Shown here piece after piece: positions 1 through 13,100 of a stretch of 64,000 nt of DNA; position 1 is the stretch's first letter; every line of letters begins with the position of its first letter. The DNA is from the human T2T-CHM13v2.0 reference genome, Homo sapiens, in NCBI RefSeq assembly GCF_009914755.1, contig NC_060937.1, one strand, 5' to 3'. A program made the translations under genes and the position numbers. The notes under the pieces were generated by a model. It saw only the letters and a list, made by a program, of their open reading frames with translations, was not told the origin of the DNA and did no database searches.

Positions 1-190
1 CAATATCTGTCTCCCCAACTAACTGATAAGCTACGTGATGGTAGAGTCTGTGTCTGCAATGTTCACCATTATAACCCAAACATCTATCTGGTCCCTGGCC
101 TAACGGGTGCTTGATAAATATTTCTTTAATATCTAACTGACTGATCAACCAACCAACTGAATGAGTGAGTGAATGAATGAATGAAAGAAA
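1..190 (+). mobile_element. L2 LINE 3' end (degenerate)
   Basis: Typical L2 tail: 'ctgtctcccc...ataagct...agagtctgtgtctg...gttcacc...ggtgcttgataaatatt...gaatgaatgaatgaa'. Confidence 0.65.
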
Positions 191-511
191 GCATCCTGTT
201 CATTGATGTGTTAATTTTCTGTGTCTTGATAGAATTCTAAAATATTAGAATCTTTATGTGGAGGCCAGTCTTGGCTCAAGTCTTTCCTTAACACTCTTCT
301 TCTCACTGAGACCTACCGCTAACCATACTATTTAATGCTGCAGTCTCTTCATACCCCACCCACCAGCACTCCCTAAGAACCATGTCTAACTCTATTTTTT
401 TCATTTACCCCACCTCATAACACACTAGAGAATTGCTTATTTATCATCGTTCTAACTATGCTTTCTTAGTTTCCATATTTGTCTATTTGGCTTCCATTAT
501 TCACAGAACCA

Positions 512-1368
512 ATTGTATTAACCATATTTTCTTATTTTCCATATTCTTGATGCTGTGGCATTTGCAGCCTCGCTAACTGGGGAAAGACTGTGCCTATCAG
601 GGCTAATTGATTTTTAGAAATAGCAAAGCGGTCTCCAGAGCCTGCCTTCAGATGTAAACCAGCCATTCCAAATTCCTCACAATCTCCTTCATCAAACTCA
701 CACATCAATCCAAAATTCTCCTTGCTCTAAATCAACCTGTAGCCAGGTACCAGACAATAAGGAAAAGACCCTTTGCCCCAAAACCCAACAGAATTCTTCG
801 AACTAACCAATCCTAAAGCAATACTACATTCCAGAATATTTTGCCTTTCTCACAAAAAAACACAATAAAAACAGTAACTTTGCCACTCCTTTCTGCCTCC
901 TGCTCAACACTAGTGCATCCCAATGTGGCCCTTCATGGTGTGACATACACCCTCCTCTTGGAAAACTTAAGTAATTTTTTTTTAATTTTTGGAGACAGAG
1001 TCACACTCTGTCAGCCAGGCTAGAGTGGAGTGGTGTGATCACGGCTCACTGTAACCTCGACCTCTTGGGCTCAAGCGATTGTCCTGCCTCAGCCTCCTAT
1101 ATGGCTGGAGCTATAGGCATCCATCATCTGGCCGAACTAATTTTTGTTTTGTTTTTAAATTTTTTTTGTAAAGATGGGGATCTTGTCCAGGCTGTTCTCA
1201 AACTCCTGGTCTCAAGCCATCCTCCCTTCTTGGCGTCCAAAAGTGCTGAGATTATAGGTGTCAGCCACCATACTGAGCCATAAATTCTTATTTCAATGGC
1301 TTTAGCCTCTCCACATCATCACTCAGTCACCTCTATATGTTAAAATACCATAAAATCCTACTGGTACA
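512..1368 (+). mobile_element. ERV1-class solo LTR (MER21/MER39-like), interrupted by an Alu at 976-1279
   Basis: 'ttcttgatgctgtggcattt...cagggctaattgatttttagaaatagcaaa...cacaataaaa' resembles recalled MER39/MER21 LTRs. LTR-like sequence resumes after the Alu and ends in CA. Boundaries approximate. Confidence 0.55.
976..1279 (-). mobile_element. AluJ
   Basis: Poly-T, then 'gagacagagtcacactctgtc...ggctcaagcgat...aaagtgctgagattataggtgtcagccacc'. 'gggctcaagcgat' is AluJ-type. Confidence 0.9.
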
Positions 1369-4309
1369 ATTGAGGTAATCACATTATTGTTTATCCCCTG
1401 ATGTCTTCCCACCCATCCACTATCAATGGAAAGCAAACTTCATAAGGGCAGGGACCCATATTTTGTTTTATTCTGCTTCTGGTTGCCTAGAGCAGTGCCT
1501 GGTACATAGAACTTTAATAAATACATATTGAGTGAATGAATAAGTGCTCCTGGTCTCAATTCTGGCACACTATCATTTCAGACCTTGAGATTCCCCTGGG
1601 ACAGAAACTTTCTTACTCCCCACCATATCTCCAGGCCCTCTCTCACTATCTGGCATTTGGCTAAAAGCTCAGTAATTGTTTGATCTGATTTTGTTAGTCT
1701 ACTGCATTTTGTCTAAGTTTCGCTGGTCCCTAGAGCTCACAGGCTAGCCCCTTGAGTTCTTGGGCTACCAAAGGCTTCTGTTCTCAGTGGCAAGGACTCC
1801 TATTTTTTGCATCTCTTAAGGGATTCCCCAACCACAGAGTATATAAGGCATGACCAATGGAGAGCTGGGGACCTGGGTCCAGTGCCTCCCCTCCATCCCT
1901 AACTACGAGTGCCCTTGAGCAAGTAAATTGATCACTGTGGAAGTACTATCTTCATGAGTGTGGAGTGTGGGGAAGACAGACACACAGCCTTTAATGTCTT
2001 CAATATGGATTACATTAAGACTCAACTAGACGGCTTCTCAAGATCTCTGTGAAGTTTATGAGTTCACAGTCCATCTTATAGTCACTAAACATGATTTCAA
2101 CTTTTCAGTCTCATTACTCTTCCCAGTTATCCTTCTGAATGATAAGGCAGAGTTCAGTACTTAATCTTTACCTTTGAGGGCTGTAGACATATGGCAGGCT
2201 GTGCAACACTCATTATTTAGATGACATTGATTCTACTTCCACTTACAGTTACTATATTCTTAAAATATGTTTTACAGCCCAACTTTTGTAAGCTCACTTT
2301 CTTCTCACATGCGCAAAAGTAGTCTTAGGATTTCTCATTTTCTTTTTGAGTCTAAGAAGATTTTTCTCTCATAATTGTAACTGGCATTATGGAGCACTAC
2401 TTGTCTTGTCTTATGTATCCCTTAAAATAGATAAGTCTAATTTTATGAATGAAGAATCAGAGCAGTTATGTCATTTGCCCTGGGTAATACAGCTAGAAAA
2501 CAATAAGATGGGTTCAAATCGAGGTAGTTTGTCTACATAGACTGCACCTAGTTACTCATCTACATTGCCTTTGTGGGTTGATCGAACCCAATAACTTAAT
2601 TCTTACTGACTTGACCCCATTCTCTTCCTAATTGTATATTTCACAAACACTTTATGTTTATGACACATGCTAAACTCTCTTGAGCCACATATTGTTGCTA
2701 GGAGAGTGTAATCATCATGCATTAGAAATAAAAGTGTGCAAAGGCTAAGGTGACATGAGGAAGCCAATGGCAAGAATAAGGTTAAAACTCACAGCCTTGG
2801 TTGTCCAGTTTTCTTATCAGTCCTTTGAGACTTCACACATTCTACCTGATTTTTCAATTTCATGGGAGTCGTTGGGAGCTGAAGGCAATGAAGGCAAAAT
2901 CAGGCTTCACTCCTGGGTAAAGGTAATAGCTTAGATGGCAGATTACTTTATAGACATTTTAGTACAGGTAGCAGCAGGCATGTTTGAAAATTCTAAGTAC
3001 GCCCATTAGTATGCAGAAACACCATCAGCTGCCAAAATCATTTTCTAAAAAACCAAGTCTTCATTAGGTCCCAATTGCCCAAAGTATGTTTGCCTTGTCA
3101 GACACAGATTTTTAAAAGCAGTTCAGTCTTGAGCCACTTTCGGTAACATGGATTTCTCCCTCGCTATTTATTTTCAGTCCTACTTTCTGGTGTAACTCTT
3201 TTTTCAATAAATATGAAAAAGCTTTTTTTTGCCTTAATCCCCTTGGCTCTTTTTAGCACAGTCAGCAGTTTTGCAACCTTCTTTCTTTCCTCTGGGCTCC
3301 AACATTCTGTTGTTTGCACTTCCACAGCTTATTGGCAGCGTGTTTTTTTTTGACAATCTTGAAATCTAATTGAATGTTTCTTGTTTTAAAATTTACTTCT
3401 CAGAGGAACACTAGATAGCTGGATCTCTACAATTGCCCTTTTTATTAATCTTCTACCTGCATCTATACCGTAATATAGTTAAATATTCAAATATGCCAAC
3501 CAAAATTTGTGGAACTAAATTAATTGAAAGAAAATATTTTCAGAAAATAGGAACATGCGGAAGAAAATTTTCTGCCACTAAAAGATAATACCCTTCAACT
3601 TCAGGTCAATGAAAGCATCATCATAATCTTACTAACAAATTTTTGGGGGCACACATATTTCACTTTTCATTCCAATAAACTTCCTAAGTGTACAGAAATA
3701 AAAAATTATCAAAAAGTAAAAAAAAAAAGGACAGGAAATGTTTTGGTATTCTGATATTTCATCCTGATACAAGCAAATAGGAAAAGAAATCATTTTCCAT
3801 TTAGATTTCAAATTGGATATGACTATGAACAATCACTATTTCTAAAACTGATGGTCACTGATAGCTAAGATTTTATTTGTTTTCAGGTATATGTTGAAGT
3901 TTCATCTTTCAGTCTTTAATTCAATTATGATTCACCCCAGATTTCAACAGTCTCTTCTTCTAAAAATAACTGAGCATAAACCCTCATAATTTGATACCAT
4001 GCATTTTATTCAGCTGAAACACATAGTACCCTCTTCCAGGACAGTTTGCGTTATAAATAAGAAATGAAGGCCTAAAAATTGAAAGGATCAGACTGCATTA
4101 TTTTGGTTTAGGTATTTACTACTTGTTTTATGTCAATAGTAAGTATTTGGAGGCATTTTAAATAACAGTGCACATGTTGCTGCTAAATCCAGAATAAGGG
4201 TGCATAGAAATGATCCTAGAAAATTAGTCTTCCCATTTATTTAATGTGTTTATTTAATCAACCTCCTCTATGAAAAACAGTCTGTTCTGTCCAGTGGTGG
4301 ATAGAAACA

Positions 4310-4990
4310 TTGCTGAACTATTGCCAGAGGAATCTTCTAGAACGAAGTCAGGTCTTGTTACTTCACTTCTCAAATACGCCGGTGGCTTTGAATTTCATTA
4401 AAGAATGAAAATCAAAGATGAAGAAACTAAGGTTTATAGGAATTGACCTTGAAAACAAGGTCAAAGTTGGAAACCAACATGCTGAAATGGCTCTGTTACA
4501 CCAGGTCTCCTCATGGTCTTACAGGACTTGCATATCTTGACTCCCTCTTAAACCTCAGTCTCTACTATTCCAGCCTTCACCTTTCAGCCACGCCAGCCTT
4601 CCTGTCTTTCCTCGGAAATGTCAGGCAGGCTCCTGTATTAGCACCTTGGTATTTCTTTTGTCTCTGCTTGAAATGCTATTTCCCCAGATTCCACATGGCT
4701 TGATCTCCTACATCTATCCCTCTCCGCGAAATGCCAGGAAAAGCATCCCTGAATGCCCAGTATGAAATAGCATCCCTCATCCCAGCAGCTCCCTGTCTGC
4801 TTTACTCTACTTTTTTTCCCACATAGTATTTATCACCAGCTCATACAGCACGTATTTGCTTTCTGTAGCTATCCACTGGAAAGTAAGCTCAGTGAGAACT
4901 TGACTGCTGGACTTGCCATTGTATCCCCAGGACCCTGAGGAGTGCCAGGCATAAAAAAAGTGCCCAGTAAATATTTGCTAAATTCATAAA
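4310..4990 (+). mobile_element. L2 LINE 3' portion
   Basis: Degenerate L2 3' region ending 'gtgccaggcataaaaaaagtgcccagtaaatatttgctaaattcataaatg'. Confidence 0.65.
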
Positions 4991-5014
4991 TGCAGTTATC
5001 CTCCCTGCCCCAAC

Positions 5015-5369
5015 TGTATTAGTCTGTTTTCACGCTACTGATAATGACATACTGGGCAATTTACAAAAGAAAGGTTTAATGGACTCACAGTACCATGTGG
5101 CTGGGGAGGCCTCACAGTCATGGCGGAAGGCTGAAGGCACATCTCACATGGTGGCAGACAAGGGAAGAGAATGAGAGCCAAGTGAAAGGGGTTTCCCCTT
5201 ATAGAAACATCAGCTCCTGTGAGACATATTCACTACGATGAGAACAGGATAAGGGAAACCACCCCCATGATTCAATTATCTCCCACTAGGTCCCTCCCAC
5301 AACACATGGGAATTATAGGAGCTACCATTCAAGATGAGATTTGGGTGGGGACACAGCTAAACCATATCA
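5015..5369 (-). mobile_element. THE1 (THE1B/C-like) MaLR solo LTR
   Basis: Runs 'tgtattagtctgttttcacgct...gatgagatttgggtggggacacagctaaaccatatca'. The 5-bp flanks CCAAC/CCCAC look like a TSD with 1 mismatch. Confidence 0.9.
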
Positions 5370-6309
5370 CCCACCAAGTCAAATAAATTATGAAGCCAAC
5401 TACTTTTAAGTAAAACAAGCATTATACCAAATGAAGTGGAATGACAGAGAGGTGTTGGGTGTGGGCTCAGTGCGAAACTAGGCAAGTTCAATGTTAGAAA
5501 TTGAAATGCCGAAAGACCTCCCATGTGTTAGTGGTGTGGTTCCTATTAGATTCATGCCTGAAAAATGGGGTCAGGAGAGGAGGCCAGATGTACAAGACCT
5601 TTAAAACTCCCTCCCCCGTCCAGTGACTGATGGTCAACATGCCTGCAGCAGCACTCACTGCTGTCTGAGGCAGCCATAATTTCAAGCATGTTAGACATTT
5701 GCAGTGGAAATTCCAGAAGGGCCTGAATGAATTTATGCCAATCAGGAGACATCCATTTTTAAGATATTGCAACCAAAGGAGACTTCTCTAGGCATCCTGC
5801 TGAGAAAAAAATCTTCCAAAAGGCCTTTATAGAACCCTAAAAAGTCAACGTGTGGAAGGACTAGGATTCAGGTTGCTCTCTAGAGCTTGGGCTCTAGGGA
5901 AAAAGGAACAGCCAGAAATGCCACTAGCCCATTCAGCCTCTGTGGGAAATCAGAAAAATGCATCTATTCCTCCTGGGAACATAGAGTACTATGTCCAGGT
6001 ACTCACTTGGTCCCTTGTCCACTCACCCTTACACAGAGGGCAATTATGGGTGTGGCCCTAAGAATAGCAGGGATGTTTCAGAACAAATCGAAATTACTGC
6101 CGGCACTGGCTATTTCCATAACTAAGAACTCTAAGACGGACAGGTCCTTCTTCCCCAGGTCCTTCCACACCGCTTGGATGGCTTGTCGGTGGACACTTAG
6201 CCAAATTGCGTGGAACTTGAGATTTTCACTTCCACTGTGAGTTGCTCTCACCTGTCCCCAAAGTTCTTTTCACATCTATCAAGAAATTTCTATACAAACC
6301 AAGGCCACA

Positions 6310-6500
6310 GGAGCATCACGATTAAAAGCCCTACTGGGAAGTCAGACAGGCGTAAATCTGAGTCCCACGTTAGCTCATGTCATTGAGCAAATCTCTTAAT
6401 TTCCATCAGCTTCAATTTCTTCATTTTTCAAATAGGAGTAGTAAGAGTGACTCAGAAGATGAAGTTTAAATTATAAAATGTACTTATAGAGTTGCTGGAA
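6310..6500 (+). mobile_element. MIR SINE
   Basis: 'gaagtcagacagg...aatctgagtccc...tgagcaaatctcttaatttcc...ttcaatttcttcatttttcaaatagg' matches the MIR core. Confidence 0.6.
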
Positions 6501-6726
6501 GATGATATAAATTATTATTATTGTCTGTTTACTATTGTTGTAAGTATTAGTATAATCGACTAAAATTCGTACTCGGACTCTAAATCCAATAAAGTTCATG
6601 ATATTTGCTCTGAAAAATGGTAATTCCTCTATAGTGAATATTTATTTATATTCCAGGTGTAACTTGCATAGGCTTGCAATAAAATTTACCTTATAACGTT
6701 TTATATGTGTTTATTATATAACTATA

Positions 6727-6806
6727 TTAGGTTAGTGCAAAAGTCATTGCTGTTTTTGCCACTGAAGGTAATGACATAAATCACAATTACTTTTGCACCA
6801 ATCTAA
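6727..6806. mobile_element. MADE1 (Hsmar1-derived MITE)
   Basis: 80-bp near-palindrome 'ttaggttagtgcaaaagtcattgc...cacaattacttttgcaccaatctaa', preceded by TA. Confidence 0.9.
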
Positions 6807-6859
6807 TTATATAAATGTTGTCAATACATAGAATTTTCTGATATTAATATAGATTTATC

Positions 6860-7500
6860 AACTTCCTTTTAATTTAATAATCTTTTCCCACTTGTTTTCA
6901 ACTTCTCTGAGCTGTTTTTTTATAAGTGTGTGTCTTTAAATAAAGCTACCCTAGATTTTTGAAATGCAATCTGAAAATCTCTACTTTTAATTGCAAATGT
7001 AAGCCATCTGTACTCATTTTATTTAAGAATTGTGATTGAGATTTATTTCTATCATCTTATTTAGTGTTTGCAATTTACCATATATTTTTTCTTTTTTCTT
7101 TTTTTTCTGCCTTCTATTAATTATTGGGTTTTCCTTAATCATTTTTGTTTTGCCCTTTACTGGCTTGGAAATCATATAATCTATCTGTTAAAGGTTACCT
7201 TTAAACTTTTACTTTGCATACTTGACCTAACAAAGTCTTAATTTGATGATTATCTCCCTCTCTCTCCAGAACACACTTTTTCCTACCATCTTACACATTA
7301 TTTGTGTCCATATTTTAATTCACTTCACTTTCTTGTACCATAGTCAATGCTTATTTATGTTTACCTAACTTTGCCAATTTCTTGGCTCACAATTGTTTCT
7401 TGTCCAGGAATCATTTCCTTGGATTCAGTTTTCTTTTTTACGAAGTTCATCCTTTAGTAGTTCACTCCTGGGTCTCATGGCATTAAAGCTCAAGTCCTTT
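6860..7500 (-). mobile_element. Old L1M (L1ME-like) fragment
   Basis: T-rich antisense L1 motifs such as 'caatctgaaaatctctacttttaattg' and 'gatttatttctatcatcttatttagtgtttg'. Confidence 0.55.
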
Positions 7501-8973
7501 GTTGTTGGGACCAGAACCATCAGCCGGAGTAGCTGCAGCAACACCTCATGAGTTCACAGCTATGATTTTCAGTCCATCTTTGATCTTGGCAACTAGAGCA
7601 TTTCTTTCTCTCTTGCAAGCTCAGCTATACATTAAAAAAACAAGTTTGCTGTGTCACATTTTGCATTTCAAGGAGTCCATTTTGAGGGGATCAAATGTCA
7701 GCATTCATATATGGAACATATATTAGGAAACACACTGTGTTCTAGGTATTACAGATGTAAAAATGGAAATGAAGCAGTTTGTCCCTCAAGAAACTTATGA
7801 TCTAACAGAGATAGTTATGAATCAGACATATGTAATACATTTTAAGGTGTTATAGATGCTATAATTATCAGATCCTACCCTAGATTAAGCTCTTTAAGAA
7901 TAAAGAGCTCTTAAAGAATACAGTGACATAATTATCTTTCCATCTCTAGCATCTAGGGTAGTGCTAGCAGATAGAAAGTATTCACTAAATGTTTGTTGCC
8001 TGAATGTATGAATGAATTATAGAAATCAACAAATATTTGCACTGTTGCTCATTCTCACTTTTTAATTCATAAAATGCAAGATGATTGTTGTTTTCTAATT
8101 ACAACTGAATGTTTATATTTTACTTGAAGATGTTTAATTTTATCATACTAATAATAGAAAATATTAAACCTCTACTTTGTATCAGATATTGCTCTCAGAG
8201 CTTTCCAAGCATTAACTAGTGTGAAATTCACAGTAACTCTCTACAATGGAGAGTTTTGTGGCCTGGGTTACATATTAGAAGCTATATTAGGAACTCATTT
8301 AAATTGATCTGACTAGAGCTTCTGTTACTTGCTACTATGTATATATCCATCTGCCAGTCTACGATTCCAAGGTAACTTTCAACTACACATTATCCTTTAT
8401 TTTTATAGTCATCATCTATGCTTGCAGAACTTAGCTCATTTACAACCTGACCACTGTCTTAGTGATTGATCTATTACTATTGGTCAGGAAGGCTCACCTC
8501 ATTCCAATGACTACACACCGTGCTGATTTTACTGCTGCTATGCTGTTCTTAAAATGCATAGCTGGAACACACTTACATCTATGACCCATCTCTTATCCAT
8601 GGCGACTTTCCCCAGCCACCTTCCAGCTAGGAGTGGTACAACCTAACTAAAACTAACACCCCCCAACAAATGCTTATAAATAATCCAATTACTAACAATC
8701 TAGAATTATAGAGGATCTAGCCAGCAACCAACATCTAGTATATTGCTTGGTAGAATTTGCTTTTCAAGAATTGGACCAATGTTATCCAATACATTTTCCT
8801 GTCACCTTTGCTATTTCCCATGAGTTCTCAAAAAAATATTCATAGTAGCTATAAAATTATATCTGAAATTATTTCAGTATCCAAATATATTATATCTCAG
8901 TAGCCCAAAATATTGAAATTATTCCAAGAATATAGATGTTATTTTACTGCCTTAGCCTTAAATATCCTTTATT

Positions 8974-9199
8974 TCTTTATTTACTTATTTTTAAGATGGG
9001 GTCTCACTCTATCTCTCAGGCTGGAGGGCAGTGACGCAATCACAGCTCAGCCTTCAGAGTAGTTGGGACTCCAGGTGTACACCACCATGCTTGGCTAAAT
9101 TTTGTATTTTTTGTAGAGAAGGGGTCTTGCCATGTTGCACAGGCTGGCCTTGGCCTCCCAAAGTGTTAGGATTACAGGCATGAGCCACTGCACCCAGCC
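8974..9199 (-). mobile_element. AluJ with two internal deletions
   Basis: Alu sequence between 14-bp TSDs AAATATCCTTTATT (8960-8973) and AAATACCCTTTATT (9200-9213). About 70 bp shorter than a full Alu. Confidence 0.9.
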
Positions 9200-12100
9200 A
9201 AATACCCTTTATTGATAACAGTTCAATTTTTTTCTAGTTTGAATGTGGATTCTTTGGCAGGGAAAATATAAACAAAATAGGAGTTGAACAGTTTCACAAG
9301 GCATGACCTGTGTTTGCCATCCTCAGAGTACTAGTATTTCATATTCACTCAAATATTTATCCAGTATGAACTATGTTTCAGGCATCGTTCCAGCCACAGA
9401 TATAATTGTAAACAAAATAGAGAAAATATCTAGACTTAATGGTACCTGCAATATGGTATTGCATGACATGAATAAATTTTTCCTTACTCTGAACTCACTA
9501 GTGGCTGTCTTTAGAGGACCCGGCAAACTTTTCCTGCTTTTTCCCACTTGCTCCATCACATACATCACATCACCAACACCATCACATACATACACAGTCA
9601 TGAACGGCCCTCAGGCCACACCAGATTACATCGCTGTGGATCCAACCCTGCATTTTCCTGCCCCTCCTTTACTGCGAGTGTCACCTCTACCCGGAAAGGT
9701 CTTCAACCTCCAAGTTCCACAGTAATTTAAAACCTGTCATCATCTTATTTCTATGCCATCTTTATTCATCCTAACACAAATACATGTATTCATTTCACAC
9801 TCTCTCATTATAATTTAGATTATACCTTTTATAATCTACTTTGGATTGTGGTTACTTGTGTATAGATTGTGAGAAACAATCAAAATCCAGGGCTAACAAA
9901 CTCTTCCCTTTTACATCTGCGAATTCCATACAGTACTGAAACAGCAGTACGCGTCGAATGATTCTCAATAATGCTTGGTAACTTGAATGATTATGCCACC
10001 TTCTCTGTTGTATAACTTAATTTCTATTTATTCATTCAGTTATTTATTCATTCATTCAAAAAGGCACTTAGTGCCCACTAGATGCCAATCATTCTCTCAA
10101 GGAATTGAGGATACATGAGTAAATAAAACAGACAATCACAATTTTTCAGAGTTTTGGAATTATTTAAGTTAGAGTTTATGAATAATCACTTGTCTGCAAG
10201 AATTGATAAGACACTGAGGCACATTACTAAAGAAAGTGACAGAGTTTCTTATAGTGGCTGTTAAGTGCAGTTGACTTTCTGTCTTGAGGTATCCAAATAA
10301 ATTCTTCCCTGGAGACAGAGGGATGAAGGGTTTTAGCTCACAATGTTCCCTTGAGGTCTTTAGTTTTATGAATCAATATGCATGAGGACAAATAACCAAG
10401 TGAGTCTATTCTTCTCCCCCTTCGTTATTCATTCCAACAATGAAGCCAGAGAGAGGCATCTATAAAAATCATTAGCAGTGGGAATTGTAGTAGGTGTAAG
10501 ACTTCCATCAGCCCTTTAGCCCTCCTCTAAAGTAATCTATTTTTTCCAGGAGCTGAAAGAGTTTAACAATCTAGAAAGGTCAATTCTCTAAAATATTCTC
10601 AACAATATCTGGATTGCTAGCATTTTGTGAGAACAGGAGACACAAGGTAATTTTGTGAGAGGAAAAAAATGCCTTGAATAGCAGAAAACTCAAATTAGCT
10701 TTTTATCCCCTCCAGAATAGTAGTTTGAGAATGTCAGAAAGCTTGACCAAAATGTAAATGTATGAAACAGAACATAAAGAAATCTGAAATCATAAAATGA
10801 CCACTCCTAAAAAGAAAAAACAAAAAAACAGGTTGAGAAAGAGGTGGTTGGTTTTGTTTCTACAAAATAGAACCTTTAATGCTGGTAGCATATTGCCTTT
10901 CAAATATTTGGTTCTAAAATATCATAAAGATGAAAAGAGGCTGAATTATCAAATTAAAGAACACAACATTGAAGATACTCTTCAGGCAACAGAAACCACA
11001 TCCGTATGCCCCATATGGTCCTCTCCTCTCCTCCTCTTCCCCATGCTACCTCCACTCTCTGGCCTCCTCTAGCCCCCATGCCGGGGTGCCTGGAAGATGG
11101 GCCCCAGAGAGAACCTACCTTAAATTGACTTGGCCACCGGCAAAACTCCCAGTCAGAGGGTTGCACTATTCATAATTCTCATGTACTCTCCCTAGAGCCC
11201 TAATGTTATTTTCCAACAGAGTGACTTCAAATACCCTTTATTTCAGCTTTGCTGAAGTCAGGAATTAGTTGCCCCTGACCATTGCTTTACTGAGATGCCT
11301 AAGTGAAAGGTGGAAGAAAATTCCCTATTATTATTTCTCAGAGAGTCCTGGAAGTCACTTCCCGGCCAGGAAAAAAAATTCAAGCACGAGTAAGATAACT
11401 TTGCCACTGAGTAGCTAAAGGATGAATGGCACGGTCTGGGAAACTTTAAAGTATCCAGGATTCCAGGAAGACCTGTTCCTTCCCAAGATGCTTAAGGATC
11501 TGTTCCCTGCTCCATTGGAGACATGCTGTTGGAATGTGGAAAAGCCTCTCCACTTCCAAGATAGGAACAGACTGTCATTCTCCCAGAAGGTAACACAACC
11601 GTGAGCAGCTGGAAGGTAATAGCTACTCCAGAACAGAATATTCCACTCAAGTTTCTGCTTTATCTGGGCCCTTGGCAGTCAGCCCAAACATGAAAGAAAT
11701 GTCACTGTACTGGACCGAAGCAAGGACCTCCGTCAAAAAGGATTACGGAAAAAAATGAGCTATGGGGGAGAGATTGTGTACAGGACTTTTGGCTGAATGA
11801 GAAACTAGGCCCATTCTGAAATGAGAGCAGCTGCCATTCCACGGAAGCCCTCAGGCCTTCATTTATTTTAATAGGATTTTAGTGGAGGCTTGCCTTAGTC
11901 TTGGGTTGGTTTATCATTTATGATAACCCATCCTGCGCCATAAACTCAAACACATCCCTTCAGATTCATTGACATTTGAGGAGCGTGATTTTATCCTCCC
12001 TTCACTTAACATACACTTTTTGATGGCTTACAATGTGACAGGCACTATTCCAGATTCTGAGCTTCAGCTTTGAAACCAGAAAGACAAGGACCTGTCTCCC

Positions 12101-12227
12101 ACGGAGCTTCACATGCTAGCATGTGGGCTTGTTGGGGACGGGTGGTAGAGGAGTGGGAAACGGATGTAGAAAATGAACAAAGAAAAAAGATATTAATGAG
12201 GTAATTTTTTAAGAGCTCAGATTATTC

Positions 12228-12332
12228 TTTTATTTTTATTTATTTTTATTTTCATTTCAGATTCAGAGGATACATGTGCAGGTTTATTACATGGATATAC
12301 TGTGTTAATAGTGAGTTTGGGTTAGTGTTACA
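12228..12332 (-). mobile_element. L1P 3'-terminal fragment
   Basis: 'ttttatttt...agattcagaggatacatgtgcaggtttattacatggatatactgtg' is an antisense L1PA/PB 3' end. Confidence 0.75.
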
Positions 12333-12816
12333 AGGTAATTCCTTATTTTTTTCTTCAACAAAGAAAATACACAATTATGCCACAGATTGACTGGAATATG
12401 GATGAGGTTTTTTAAAATTATTATTATTTTTATTTTTTTAGAACTGGTGTTGCTGAGGAGATGATCACTGAACTTGGATGTCAATGATCAAAGTCAACAG
12501 ATACGGGGGGCAGGGGTTATGATGGAGGCTACACAAAGTAGAATATCTAAAATGGAACTAAAACTTGGAATTAAAATATGAACAAAATACAGACTTATGA
12601 AAATAACATATATGTATATCAGAGGAAGATACATTTTACCAAAATATCATATGTGTACATTTTTCAGATAAAATAAATATTGCTCCATAGTTCACTTTCC
12701 TTAGCCTTTTTAGCTTAAAGATGTCATAAAGAGAGACTAGTCAATAAATTGGAAGCCCTAATATCTGAGGTGACCTTGCTCATGCCACAATATGGCCTAT
12801 AAGACTAAATTCCCAG

Positions 12817-13100
12817 GGACTAGGGGAGATATTGGTCAAAGGATTCAAAATTTCCATTAGGCAGGAAGAATAAGTTCAAGAGATCAATCAGGCATCCTGG
12901 TGGCTATTGTTAACAACAATATATTGCATACTTAAAAATTGCTATGAGGGTATATTTTAAGTGTTCTTACCAAAAAATAATAAGTATGTGAGGTGAAGAT
13001 AAGTTAATTAGCTTGATTAAGCCATTCTACAACGTATATATAAATCAAAACATCAAGTTATGTACCATAAATATACACAACTTTCATCAATTTAAAAAAT
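12817..13100 (+). mobile_element. L1MA (MA7-9-like) 3' UTR fragment
   Basis: 'ggagatattggtcaaagg...aataagttcaagagatc...aagtatgtgaggtga...gttaattagcttgatt...gtaccataaatatacacaa'. Confidence 0.8.

Noticed and set aside
5097-5109. PRDM9 hotspot motif in THE1 LTRs
   Set aside because: The sequence is CCTCCCCAGCCAC here and CCTCCCCAGCCAT in the THE1A LTRs. Both lack the T of the hotspot-associated CCTCCCTNNCCAC.
9303-9725. 140-aa ORF
   Set aside because: It overlaps L2-derived and CA-rich low-complexity sequence. I recognise no domain or splice structure.
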